A DNA stretch of 64,000 nucleotides from Octopus bimaculoides (GCF_001194135.2 NC_068992.1:66671950-66735949), one strand, 5' to 3'. Positions 27,358-41,983 are shown, counted from the first letter of the stretch. A program made the numbers and translations. Notes: generated by a model not told the origin, from the sequence alone.

Positions 27358-27770
27358 GCTAACAACAATAACAATAAAAGCGATTTGTTTTTGGTCTGAA
27401 AGGAAATATTTTAAAAATCAGAAATGTCAATAAGCCGTATATTGGTAAATCAATAAAAAGGGTAGACTTATTCCTCGATGTTTCCAGTAATATTTGTAGA
27501 AATGGAAATTGAAAATGAATAAAAACAAATGAAATGTGAGAGAAGAGAAGATATAAGATAAAGTAAAAGGCCACGTTTATCTCGGTGTTTATTTAATGAG
27601 TCTGTGGCAAGAGGGCGCTGCTGTGCTGGCAGAAACAGTAATGAGTATTGACCTATGTGGTATAGTGGTATCTTACGCCGTTCGGTTGCTGTGAGACCGA
27701 CAACAATAACAACAAGAACAATCTGAATTTGAGTCTTAGCAACAACAACAACAACAAAAATATTCATATT

Positions 27771-27951
27771 GGTTTAAAATTTTGGCACAAGGTCATCAAA
27801 TTCGGGGGAGTGGGTACCTATTTCGTTGACCCCCACAAAAGGATGAACGACAAAGTCGAGATTGGCGCAAAACGAACATCGAACGTAAAGACAGGCAAAA
27901 TGCCGCGAAGCATTTCGCCCGGCGCAGCAACGGTTCTGCCAGGTCATCGCT
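27771..27951 (-). mobile_element. SINE family A with internal deletion
   Basis: Head and tail match the 24937 copy. Confidence 0.75.
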
Positions 27952-27996
27952 TTAGCAACAACAAAGCATATTAAGGCTTTCGATATGCTTCACCCA

Positions 27997-28036
<40 letters not shown>

Positions 28037-28090
28037 CGTTTACATATTTGTTTTGCAAGATTTTTGATGTGAAATCGTGTGTTGAAACAG

Positions 28091-28329
28091 ATGTTGTTGT
28101 ACTTGGGGATGGTCATATTGCCAGTTTAGCCAATAAAAACACACGCACTGTATATTTGGTATTAATTTGCTTCAGCTTTATATGACATTATATTACATTA
28201 ATCCTATTTCGGCCAGGATTAATGTAATATAATGTAATATAAAGCTGAAGCAAATTAACACCAAATATACAGTGCGTGTGTTTTTATTGGCTAAACTGGC
28301 AATATGATCACCCCCAAGTACAACAACAT
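28091..28329. repeat. Long inverted repeat: 115-bp arms, 9-nt loop, 4 non-Watson-Crick positions
   Basis: Arms 28091-28205 and 28215-28329 paired by hand, 111/115 complementary. Confidence 0.97.
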
Positions 28330-28799
28330 ATATACAACAACGTATTCTGTAAAACATATTCATATATACAATGAACATATGAATTTATTATTAACATGTT
28401 TCGATAGATTTGAACGTCCATATGTTAATCGCTGTTGCATTTGGTCTTTGGAGAACAACTTCTTCCTTCAGACGATGTGTAATGAGAACACGCATAATCA
28501 AGTGACTTAGCAGGCGGAGATTTTCAGACATCGATATTTCGACATGATTGCGTCTCTTCAGTCAAAGCTGTCCCTGGATCTCTGAATTTTAACTTGTTGG
28601 AACACGCTAAAACGAGCAATACATGTATACTCATAAATTCTCATACACACTGTCTCACATACACTAAAAACACAACAGACGGGGCATTGTTTTCACTTTT
28701 GGAATTGTATTTCTGCTGCTGGTGCTGCTGGTGCAGATATTTAAGGAGGCATCACCCGATAAAATTTCCGGCAGTCGTCGATTTGGAGCAGATTATTGT

Positions 28800-28933
28800 T
28801 GCTTTATCGACCCTCAAAGGATGAAAGGTGAAATTGACCTCAGCTGTACTTGAGCTCAGAAGTTCAAGAACCGAAAGAAATGACACTAAGCAATTTGTCG
28901 GACGCACCAATGATTTTGATAGCTCAACGGCTT
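28800..28933 (-). mobile_element. SINE family A, degraded
   Basis: TTTATCGACCCTCAAAGGATGAAAGG...GAGCTCAGAA core. Confidence 0.7.
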
Positions 28934-28941
28934 GGCAAGAC

Positions 28942-28975
<34 letters not shown>

Positions 28976-29039
28976 CTCGGATCATCAAGGACCTGGAAAT
29001 TTACAAGATAAGTTCCAACAATTGTGAAGTTTTTAATAA

Positions 29040-29226
29040 TAATAATCTCAAATTTTAAAACAAATTTATAATTTTCTTGTTTTCTTAAACATATTCTAGA
29101 ACAATACTTTGTGCAAAACGAAATATATGACAGCCCAGGCATAACACCAACTTGAACTTCTAACTTGTCTCTTGAGGTCTCTGGGTGAGACTTGGAGTCA
29201 ACTTGTACAAATACAAAAAGTCAAAC

Positions 29227-29285
<59 letters not shown>
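29040..29285 (+). mobile_element. Probable LINE 3' UTR ending in an (AAT)n tail
   Basis: GTCTCTTGAGGTCTCTGGGTGAGACTTGGAG...AAAAGTCAAACAT runs directly into (AAT)n; family assignment from recall, not computed. Confidence 0.5.
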
Positions 29286-29288
<3 letters not shown>

Positions 29289-31291
29289 TTAAAATACAAA
29301 GATCGATGAAACAGTTTATATTTTCGTCAAGTTTTATGGAAATGGTCTCGTGTTCTGTTGAATGAAAGTATTTATGTCGTAAAATAATCAAGACCTTACA
29401 CTCACACACGTCCCCCCCCCCCGCCAATGAAGGACCTTCATTTTAAAGAGAGGGAAATTAATTACTGGATTCCATTTCCACTTGCTACAGCGGTTTAATA
29501 TATTAAAACGGTTTTATTGTATATTAGAAAGTAAGGAAGAGACCGATATGACGTCATGGCTTTCTAAGTCACAAATGAAATGAAGCGACATCAAGAAATA
29601 ATTGATCTCCAGATCATTACTCTGAGCGTCTAATAGCTTGCTGGTTCATCGAAAGCTCTCCATATAACTTCTGATATATTCATTATATGCCTTGTGTATT
29701 GTATATCATGTGTCTGTTATATTATATATCTCTTTTACTCGTTTAAATGTTTCAGCCCTTAGACTGTGGTCGTGCTGGGGCACTGCATCGTCTAGATATA
29801 AAAACAATATACTTCTGAGAGTAAGATGCGTGTGTTGCTGTGATGTTTACACCTTTCTCAACGACATCTACGCAAAGGTCCGTCGGAAGTTAATTGGTTT
29901 CAGCTCGGGATTGAAACCCCATCGCAATCTATATTTGATGAGAATTCCGTCCTGCTCTTCTGGATAGACCACGAGAGAATAATAACTATTAGAAATATTG
30001 TGTGTGAATTATGAAATGACATAATGTAATTACGTAATATGTGTGAAACTATGTGTGCATATAAATATGGCATACGATGAACATAAATACAAAGCAGTAT
30101 ACAATATATGAATATATGTATGTGTGTGTGTGCGTGTGTGTGAAGGTGTGTGTGTATAAGAGGTTATTATTATTAACGCCCTGGTGTTCTGCTAATGTCA
30201 GTGATAAGTACCGTGGAGGTAGTCAACGACTTAACAGTGCCAAAGGGAACTTCGGATGTGTTAAAGTTTAGAAATGCTAAAACGAAATTGTCACTAATTT
30301 GAGTGTGAAATAATTGTATCTTTCCCACCAACAACTGCACATTGCAGGATGACATGCAATATATGATGTTATTATTTATTAATTTTCTGGTTTTGGTCAA
30401 GGGCTGCGGCCATTTTAGGTACTGAACTTAGGAATTTTAATCAATCAAATTGATCCTTGAAATTATTTCAGTTCAGTAGTTATTTTATTGAATGTGATGG
30501 GAAAACCGCTAAGTCATGATTTTTAAGACAAGATCGATTTGGGACAACCAATGACATCGTGCCAAACACGTTAAAAACAAGTATAGATACACACACATAC
30601 ACGCACGCACACACACATACACGCACGCACACACACATACACACACATTCGTAAATATACTTTCTTTTTCTCATACATTGACTCACAAATACACATACAT
30701 TCACACACATACAGGCAAACGAACGTATATTCACACATAGATGCGTATATACATTTCATACATACACATACTCTCTCTCTCTCTCCACAAATAAATACAC
30801 TCATTCACACAAACACGTATATACATTTCTTAATCTATTCTCTTTCTGATTCTGTCTGTCTGTCTGTCTCTCTGTTCGTCCCTCTATCTCTCTGTCTCTC
30901 CCATCTCTCTCTCTCACACACGCGAACTCAGAATTATTTTTCTACAATTATTCTTGACTAGATTCTTCTAAAGTTATCCCATCTATTTTTGTCTCAGTCT
31001 ACCAAAACACATTTCTCCGCGTCTATTTGGCATTTTCTCACAAACACAGCAGACCCTCCCTTACCCAATCCTTCACCATTCATATGATTTCTTCCTCTAT
31101 TCTTCCTCAACACGAATTTACTCCGCACTTTAAACCTTTCATATTGACTGCTTTTACGTTATTCATCCGACTTGAATACGAGGGACAATGACAATGCCTC
31201 TCATATTCGGATATATATGATAGCGTTAAATAACCTTCCTGGGTTCTTACAAAAGTATTTCGCACACACACGCACACACACCTATGTATAC

Positions 31292-31350
<59 letters not shown>

Positions 31351-32619
31351 TTTCACACACACACACATATACACCCAACGAATATTACCATACACTCTGA
31401 ATAAAATTGTCCTCCAAAACTTCTTGGATCCACCATACCTGTATTTCTAAAACTTTATCAAATGTTCTCTTGATACGGAGTAATTTGTAAGGAGAAGGAT
31501 TTGTAATTAAGAATCCATTCCATCGCTACGAAAGATTTCTTTTGAAATTTTTCCTTAGAACTATGAAATCCAAATTTAAATAGCGATATTCCTCAATGCC
31601 AATTACACTGGATTCGACTCAATAAAACACTGGATCCTCACCAATTCCACTTGATTCATTTTATGCAACGTATATCAGCTTCTGCAATAAATCAAAAGGA
31701 GGAAGCGTATATTATTCACTAGTTAAAGGCAACGAATTTGATTGGTTGTTTGAAAGCTGTTGCAGATGTGACTCTCTGGAAGCTTATTAAGAACATGGAA
31801 GAACTGAGGAGAAATTGCAGAGGCGGTGAACAAAAATTTGAAAGGCACGTTTTATGCTGTATGAGATTAATAATTCTATGAAAGCATCGTAAGAGATGCA
31901 TGACAACGTGATAATTGAGAGAATTAATATTCCAAATAGAAAATTTCCTTGTTAGTTACATGAACTGCTTTGTCACATGAAATGGCTTTAGAAGCAAAAT
32001 AATTTCGAGCTTATTAAAAATATAGTATGGCCAGAGTACATACACCAACACATTATGCTTATTACAACAGTCGCCATTTTTTTCTCTCAAATGAATTTAA
32101 TCTTTTATTGAGCTAATCTGTAAAAATAGGAATATCTTAGTAGAGAAAGAATTATTAAGAAACCGTAGAAACAGCTTTTCGTATCAAGCTGACGTTTGAT
32201 AAAGTTGTAGCAGTGACATTGTTGGATCTTCGGAAATGGTCAATAATCCAGTTGAGGATTAAGATCCATTCCAATTATTGAGAGATTTATAAAGAATATG
32301 TTTCATATCAGCCTTTTATCCGTTGATATTCCCTCAACGGATATAAAATATTCCAAGCACAATCTTTTGGTTAATTGAAAGCCGACCAGGGAACATTCAC
32401 GTGGAAGCTCGACCCGCTAGAAGTAGCAGGATAATACAACAAAAATGATACATTAGATGATGAAGTTTTAAAACCCCCCAAGGATGGTCACTGTTGGCAT
32501 TAGGTCTACATCGCCAGGAAGGATCTGGCGTGAAATAACAACAGCAACAACATTCTCGTTGCTCAATAATAACGATCGATTCAACCTTTTTTAGAATGGA
32601 GAGAGATTTTCACAAAAGA

Positions 32620-32745
32620 TGCGATGATGGTGATGATGATGATGATGATGATGGCGGTTTCGGTGATGATGATGGTAATGATGATGATAATGATGATGAT
32701 GATGATGATGGCGGTTTCGGTGATGATGATGGTAATGATGGTGGT
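32620..32745. repeat. (GAT)n-based array with a 57-bp tandem duplication
   Basis: GGCGGTTTCGGT at 32653 and 32710. Confidence 0.9.
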
Positions 32746-33493
32746 GGTCGTGTATCACTGCATATTGTTCCTACAAATGTAACAATTCCACCAATAGTTC
32801 CACCAAGAAAGACTTGGGTCTTATGGTCTGAAACATCTTTATTATTCCCTCCGTTTGTGTGTGTGCGTTTTTGTGCGCGCGCGCCAGAACAAACAAACAC
32901 ACACACACACACACACACATACACACACACACACGCACACACACACACACACACACATACACTCACACACACAGAGATACGTATGCTTCATCATGGGAAG
33001 TTTCAGCATAGTTTCCATCAACCAAATTTCACGCACACAAACACACACATACATATACTAAGTAAGAAATAAATATTTGTATCTATGTTTACATACATTT
33101 ACACATCCATATGCTGATCTAAACACACATACACACATACACACATACACACTCACAAAGAAAAAAAATCCAAAATGGCCGTATTCCCACAAACCAAGGA
33201 GCAACAATCAGAAAACATCTCCCGCATACGTACACACATACAGACATGCGTTGTTTATTGGCATACGCATACATATGACCATACCTTGACGTACATTTAC
33301 ATGTATAATACACAGACGTATATATACACAAGTATTGTTTTATACACATTGACACGTATGAGCAAATCTAGAAGGATACACATTTACATATGATATACAT
33401 CATACACGTATATACACAAGTGCTGTTTACCTACATCGGCAAAAAAGTATATATTTCAAAATATTCATTATCAAAGACGCATCACGGTGAAAG

Positions 33494-33528
<35 letters not shown>

Positions 33529-34457
33529 ATCCATACACACACATGTAATTATATATACACACACATTGTAAAACATTCTTCCATGCTTGTATAGACAAAA
33601 GCATAAATAAAGCCAGAAAAAAGTGTGAACATGACTTCTTTAGAAACGTGTATAAACAAATACACACGCACACGTACACACACATGCACATACGTACACA
33701 TACACAGGCATGCACACACGCACAGACACATCAAAGCCGACTCGCACATAAACACACTTCCAGTGACACACAATATACAGTTACACACACACGAACACAC
33801 ACGTACACACGCACACACACACGCACACATACACACACATACACAAACATATACACATACACGCACACACAATTCCCCACCACCATTTATACACCCACAA
33901 ATATGCATATCCCTCCTCTCTATATATATATACACCCTCACCACAGTTAAACAAAAACGGTGGAAGCAAGATTTACAAAGAAACAAAAAAACTAAACAAA
34001 CAAAAACACAGAGACGCATAGAGATTCACACAGCTGCCGTATAACCAGAATACTGACACACACACATACATATACATACATGCACGTATACGCACATATA
34101 CACGCATATACTCACAAACACATATACTCGCACAGACACATATACAAACACACACACATACACACAGACGCATATACACGTATATATATATTAGGTGTAT
34201 ATGGAAATATAGTTTCATAAGGGATCTGTCACGAAACTTTACGCCCGAAAGTCACTCCTGTAGCGATCACACCTAATAGAATATTAATTCTCTCTCTCTC
34301 TCTCTTTATCAGTACACACAGACACACACAGACACACACACAGACACACACACACACACACACATACAGAGATACAAATATACTGACACATTATACTCAC
34401 TTCTTGATGCATGCATAGGCACACACATATATGTATACACAGACGCACACATATGTA

Positions 34458-34489
<32 letters not shown>

Positions 34490-34633
34490 CATACACACAC
34501 ATATATACACGTATGTGTATTTACATATATTTATAGACGCAAATAGTCGCACTCATATTAAGATAGGCACAAAGCAAATCACACAGACACAAACACACAC
34601 ATGCATATATATATATATGTATATGCACACAAT

Positions 34634-35495
34634 ATCGTGAATATATTGTCGTCTAAATTATGCAAAAATGAAACCAACACTGACATCTCACTTTAACAGA
34701 TATATTTACAAAAATTACATAAAATATTGTGAAATATTAAAGAGTAAATTTATTTAATAAAATCGCAATTGGCTTCAACCGCGGCTACGAGACTACTGCA
34801 GAATCTCCTGCAACTCCTCTGGACGGTCTCCTTGTTTAAGTTGGTGAATGCTGCCATAATTCCTTGCCCTCAGCTCATCTTTGGCGTTGCTCTCTCGCTC
34901 AGTTGTGCCCCACACCTAATAATATAGGGCGTTACAGTCTGTGGAGTTAGGTGGCTAGATGTTAGGGGTGACGTGGTCGCCGAAATTGTCTGACAGCCAC
35001 GATTAGGTTCTCCTGCTTGTGTGGCATGGTGCAGTGTCCTGTTGCTAGATATAGGGTCTTCCAGCATCCATCCCCTTCACCCAGGGCAGCACTACCTCCA
35101 CCAGGCACTTGATGTAAGCCTCCGTGTTGAGTGTGAGGCCGTGTGGGAAGATGAATGGAGGCATAACGTCCGTATCACTAGTGATCACTCCAAACAAACA
35201 CCATGATGTTGAGCTTCATCACTCTCAGTACATGTCCTCAGATTGCACTGTCGTCAGATTCACACCCAAACACTCTGAAATGTTCTTATTGGAGCTGCCG
35301 GCGCGAATGCCAAGCAGTACAGCATGTCTTCTCCAAATGTCTGGCAGAATGAATCGCATTATGAAGGTGTTTCTTTCACAGGTGGTGCCCAACTGACCCT
35401 ACTATTCTATGTAGGCGACAATACATAAAAAAAACAATGCCAATGTGCGATATTAAAAATATAAAATGGCGACAATATGCCCGTCGCACCCTGTA
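34634..35495 (-). mobile_element. Internally deleted Tc1/mariner element of the maT/Bmmar1 (DD37D) type
   Basis: Minus translation: N-term MRFILPDIWRRHAVLLGIRAG (ATG 35359) fused to FGVITSD...PPFIFPHGLTLNTEAYIKCL...QQDTAPCHTSRRT...PPNSTDCNAL..VWG...ELRARI; TIR end ...CGCACCCTG+TA at 35493-35495; degenerate left TIR near 34640. Confidence 0.92.
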
Positions 35496-38293
35496 TATAT
35501 ATATATATATATATATAAATATATATATATATACATATACACACATATACGTATATAAATATGTACTTGTATATACGTATGTAGATTTCCACACGTAGAT
35601 AAAGTCAGTCAGAAGAAGCATACACAAACAAGACCATACACACGTGTGCGCGTGCGCATACAACACTTCGTCATTTGCATACACTAATATATAGAAGCGT
35701 ATTAAGAAAAGTGAAGATATTTACAGCTACACACACACACATACACATTAATAGAGAAACACTTTTACAGACACACGCACACACACATTTATACACACTG
35801 AGATACTCGGTGCTTATATATATTATTTCAAGTACATTTTCACACGGTAAACGAGAAAACAGTGAGAAATATTGTTTGAGGCAATCAATACTCCATTACA
35901 GCTTCTTTCTCTACTTTTTGCAATCATTCTTCACTGAACACCTGATTGTCATGATATTCCGTACTTGATTTTTCGAGTTGCCACCTCTTAAACGGAATCC
36001 ATTCGTCGACAACGACACCAATTTTATACAGAAAGTGCAGCCTCCGTTGGTTAGATTGGACTTGTTAAAATAATCGTCAAATTAGCAGACTGAAAAATTT
36101 ACTTCTTGTTACTTTCTTGCCAATAGTGTTTCCTCTGAAGGCAAATAAATGTATTTCTACTCTCTCACCTCTTCTCCTCCTCCACCTCCTCTTACACTTT
36201 CCCGCCTTTTCTTTCTCTCTCTCACCATATACATACATAATACATATATACAAACATATATATGTGTGTGTGTGTGTGTGTGTGCGTGTGTGTGTGTGTA
36301 TATAACTGTACACATACACACACATATGCATATATATATAATATGCATACATTTATGTATATAGATGTGTGTGCGAATGTGTGTGTATATGAATAAGCCA
36401 CACTAAATTTCACCTAACATAAAAAGAGAAAAAATATCTACTTTATTCATTTACTTTCACAACTGTGAGGATCTTGCTTCCACTAGTCAGCACACCCACC
36501 CTCCCCACATTTCATACCGATTTTACAAAATACTGCTAAGGTCTGTTATACTCGTAAAGGTAAAATAAAATTAGAAGGTTTTGACTGTAATGAAATCTAT
36601 CAACACCACACACCCATCATAACCCGAATGCAAATGCACAAACTAGATCAGAAAATGGCTCTCATAAGAAATAGAACGTTAGTGCAGATTGAACAGTCGT
36701 TATGCAGTACAATTAAAATATACGTTGGGTTAGTCGTTAAAGCGCTTGAAGCTGGGTACACACTATACAGTCCAGCCATTCGTTTAGGTCTATAAATGTA
36801 AATATTTCATCCCTTTCTAAATATATTTGGCTCCTGAAAGAGAAGTTAGAGAGTAAGCCCACATCAAAATGGAATTTTGAGGCAAAGGCAACGAACGGGC
36901 TTTGAAGCCATTTTAGGTTTAGACAGGTTTTTCATGACAGACAATAATGGCCGTCTGATTTACCGAATATTCCTGATATTTAAGCAGATTGTAAATGCAT
37001 TTGTTGAATAAATATAATTATAATATAAACGTTGTGCTGAGTAAATATTTCTTTAAATATCTTCATAGTTTAATTTTGGATATTAGAGCAGTGTTGATAG
37101 GTAAGGACTTCTCCCCGATTTTTGAAGCTGTTAGTAATTTGTAAACTATCAGTATACCGCGCTTGTGGTACTCTGTTTTTGCTTTCCAGCGTAAAGATGT
37201 GAAGAGTTTAAAACGAAAAGAAATCTGAAGACTAAATACGTCGTTAAATTTCTAAAGGAAGTCCAATGATGATAAAATATAATTGTCTGTGACACAATGC
37301 AGTGAAGAGGTGTCAGCTGTAACATAAACAAATTTCTGTTATGTTGTGTAACTCTTGTTTACTTTGGTTAGCAAGCAGTCAAAGAACAAATTCCCTTATG
37401 GTCTACCAACCATCCAGAAATAATAGTAACATCTACATCAAGTCACATCCTACGGTTGTATCCCTCGATCTTCTCCTTGAGTGCTGCCCTTATGACGCCG
37501 AGAACTTGATTATAATGCCATGTATACCTTTCTAGTATTAGTCTGCACTATATATATATATATATATATATATATNNNNNNNNNNNNNNNNNNNNNNNNN
37601 NNNNNNNNNNNNNNNNNNNNNNNNNNNNNNNNNNNNNNNNNNNNNNNNNNNNNNNNNNNNNNNNNNNNNNNNNNNNNNNNNNNNNNNNNNNNNNNNNNNN
37701 NNNNNNNNNNNNNNNNNNNNNNNNNNNNNNNNNNNNNNNNNNNNNNNNNNNNNNNNNNNNNNNNNNNNNNNNNNNNNNNNNNNNNNNNNNNNNNNNNNNN
37801 NNNNNNNNNNNNNNNNNNNNNNNNNNNNNNNATATATATATATATATACACAGAAATATTTACATACACACATATGTAAATATATATGTATGTGTGTATA
37901 TATATGTATGCATACATACATTTATACATACATCTCTCTCTCTATATATATATACATACACGCACACACATATGCATGCATATATCAATGTTATAGTATT
38001 CGGTATTTAGTTTCATAACAACATTGTAATATAAGAGAAGAATGTGGGTTTTGTGAGTGATGCTGGAAGAAGAAAAGTTTGAGACAAGATTGTCTTGCCG
38101 GTCTTTGTGTCTCTTCTTGCTTTGAGACGGAATCAATTAATTCCGGATTACGAAGTGGATGTGAAGGTTACAACATGGAGGACAAAAGTCTATTCTAATT
38201 CACTTGCAAGCATCACACACACACACATACACACACACATACACACACACACACACAGATACATATATATGTGTATGAGTGTATATATATATA

Positions 38294-38331
<38 letters not shown>

Positions 38332-40451
38332 TGTTCGGGCGCGCATGTGTATGTATGGACCGGTACGCTTACGCGAATACTATGGACATCTGACCTTGGT
38401 TACTGACAGAGATGCAATAGAGTTAATAATGTGCGATTTGGTCGCAAGAAATACGACGAAACTATTTGGTATCTCATAATAAACAGTATCACCAAGAAAC
38501 AGCATAAATTAAGTATAACAGTGCTTGTGTTTTCTTAAATGGTCTACATGACTCTCCCACCATGTAATTTTTATTATAATATTTATCAGAAAACGTGTGA
38601 GAAGTCCCTTTAAAGTTTCGCCAAAGCCAGGTTTTTCAAACTATATGGAGTTTTAGAAACAAAGCATAATATAATCATGGATGCCATTTCTAACTGCCCA
38701 CCCAGTTGGAAAAGCTAACCTTTGGCGAAACTTTGGACTCTCAACCCACATACATTTGACTTTATAACTTTATAACGTGTACTGAGTCAACGTCAAATAG
38801 GTTTGAACTTAAAACACGAAGAGTTGTAATTAGATACCGGATTGCATTTAATCCGGCGCTTTACCGGTTCTGCCACTTTCCTTCATCGATTGCAGGAAAT
38901 ATTATACAACAAGTTTAGTTTTATTTGCATCACTGTACAATCAAGTTGCATCTTCATTTATTTCGTAGGAAAAAAAAAATGATAAAAATGGCCTCAAGCT
39001 GAGATAGAAGCCAGCTTCCGACGATTAATAAACTTTCGGGAATTTGTAGAAATTTGATGTTATTTACTTGTCGAAGCGAAAAAGCAAAGTAGAAAAATAA
39101 TTTCTAAGCGACATTTCACTTGAAGACTTCTTGTATTTCAGTTATTTGTTATTTAAATATTTCTTTCCGTCAGGAAAACGTGTCGAGAAAGATTTTTAAT
39201 AATCTAACATAAAAGAGAACCGACACCAATAGAAATGGTTTCATTCTTAGTAATTACAGAGAATTTGACAATATTAACCGAATGAAGTTTTAATCTTCGT
39301 TTACCTAACGTTTTTCTAATAAAGTTTATTGCTGTTTCAATATTTACTTGGAGTCGTATTTTTTGCAATAAATATGGAATTTAGTGATACGACTGTGAAG
39401 AATAACCCAGACATGACTAGTCAAATACCAGACGGAGTCAGTCGATTAGTTTTCCTTGAATACAAGAATTAATTTTATATCTAAGTCTTTCTTTCTTGAA
39501 GTGTCCACAGAGAGAGGAAAGGATTAGTGAACCCGCGAAATGAACGGTTCTATCTTGGATCCTTCACAGCCGATTCCAAGAGAGAAGAATTCGACTTTCA
39601 GTACTTGACCAGTTCTTTATCGACTGATGGAATAAAAGGAAAACTTGAGACCTCGGTACGATTTAATCCCAGAGCCTAGCAGGTCAAAACAAATACAACA
39701 CAGTATTCTCTCTGACGCTCTACCGACTCTGCCAAATTCCCTCCATTGACGCTAAACCAAATAATTACTAAGGAACATGACAAATAAATAAATAAATAAA
39801 TAAATAAAAATAACAACAGTACCACGCCTTACCATTTCTAATTTAGTTGTTGCCAAGGGGACGATTTTGTTCAGGTTCAGTCCATTATGCCGCTTTGGAC
39901 AACCAATAATTTTCCTGGCACAACTTAGAGACTTGTTGGAATACAAAGATTCTTATCGATGTGAAACGAAGTCGTCATCAGTTGGTATTGACAAGGGAGG
40001 TAAATCATGTACACCTTTTTCCTAAAAGTGGATTATTCATTGGTTGCCATTTCTAGCAGATAGAATGACAACATAGACGCTACTTTGTCTCCGTGAATTA
40101 GTGTCAATTTGGGTCTTGATTTCTTCTGAAGAACTGACGTAAAATCAAGAATCATCTGTAGGATTTTTGGGTGTAGGATTTTGACTTAAATTTCAAAAGT
40201 TTTTACAAGAACAGTTCCTCTTTTAATCAGTGCAAGAAATTTGAAACCCTAATTCTAATTATCAATTATTAATTAACGTCTTAAATTTAGAACTATACAG
40301 AAATCGATCTGCATTAAGACTATACAGATATCGATCTACATTTTCTTTCAATCATTCACAATAATTTGAACAGCATTCAGTGACAGAGACTTTTGTGTTA
40401 AGATACCATGTGATAGAGTACAAGAGTACAGTATTATACTCCTATGACATA

Positions 40452-40498
<47 letters not shown>

Positions 40499-41451
40499 AA
40501 GACAGAGAGAGTACAGTTATATTCTTCTGTAACTGTTTCTCGTTGTTCTAACTTCACTCAGAACTGTTAAAAATTCTCAAAGAGATTGGACTGCCATCAT
40601 TGGCTAGCTCTCATTCGACCAGCGTTAGTTGTGGCGATGGATTTTCAGATAATCTTCGTTTATTCTCATAGAGTTAATCAATTCTCACACAATGGAGGAA
40701 TTTTAATGAAGTTTCGAGAGAAAGCTGTATTTTGTTCTGATCTGTAACACAATAAACTTAATTATTAAGAATTTTACAAAATTTTTACATAATGAGTAAA
40801 TTAAAAAAAAAAAATTATTCAGCGAATATTTCTCAGAATAAATTAATTCATACACACGATGGCTGCAAGTTAGAACAGCTATTAACCACAGCCGCCTAAC
40901 CACAGATATAGTTTAGTTACAGAGCCAAAATCGATTCGGCATAAGAAAGAAGAAACACTCACATACCAGTAATATAATCGTGCCTAAAACTGATGTTACT
41001 CAAGCTTATTCATAATAAATAGTGACATAATTTTCAGTGAATTTCTTATGATATAACACAGAAAGTTGTTTGCATACTTCAGTTATATGAATACGTATAT
41101 TCTAGACGATATTCAGAAATATTCTATAAGACTAACAAGAAAGTCTAAACTCAATGACAGTTGGTAATGAATATGCTGCCGATTCGAATATTAGCCAGTC
41201 TTGGACGGTTTCCCCCTTTTCAAAGTTAAAGAAAAACAGAATACCTTAGATTATTACGGATATATGTAAGCGTTGCTGCTAAAATACATACATACATACA
41301 TACATACACCATATATGCATATATTGCACATATACCTATGCATACATACACACGTATACTTACTCTGATATACACATACATATGCATATACATATGGATA
41401 TATACACATGCTTACATTATAGACTTGTAGCACAGTATTGTCTAAATATGT

Positions 41452-41620
41452 GACACAATGTTGCCGTTACAGGCTTCTGAGACGGTGTTGCCGTAACAAA
41501 CATAAGAGACAATGCACGTATGAGACAGTGTTACACACACGGAAGGCAGTGTTGTTGCTACACACACGAGGGACAATTCAGTTGTGAGATAAACACACGG
41601 ATGAACATTATAGAAACACA
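41452..41620. repeat. Degenerate minisatellite of GAGACA(A/G)TGTT...ACACAC-like units
   Basis: Recurring GACA(A/G)TG, GTTGCCGT and TACACACACG motifs at irregular spacing. Confidence 0.45.
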
Positions 41621-41983
41621 TTAAACCACTGTTTACATATGTTTCTCTCAAATCACACTAAAAACTATCTGGAATGATAAAAAATAAAACTACAATAGCA
41701 AAAGGAAAATTAAGTAAAATAAAAATGGAAAACACGGTGCGGTGTATGATATGTTAAGTGTGAAAATAAGATGGAACAATCACGGCTGGAACGTCTTTGA
41801 TTAAAATGTTACTCAATGAGAACTGACAGGGTTCTAAACTACAATAACAAGAAACTGTCGTTTGTTGCAGAACTATTTTGTAGCATTCACTGTTACACAC
41901 CATCAACTTCTGTTCTTTCCTTTCAAATACTCACCTTTATTAAATCACCTACATTCTACCTCTGCTCTCTCTCTCGTATCTGT

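Noticed and set aside
27605-27622. CTCF-like GGCAAGAGGGCGCTG
   Set aside because: The 5' half mismatches the CTCF consensus, and it lies at the junction of a degenerate SINE head
39865-39990. Plus-strand AG...GT segment with one open frame (FSPLCRFGQPIIFLAQLRDLLEYKDSYRCETKSSSVGIDKG)
   Set aside because: No recognisable homology or linking exon; within chance expectation
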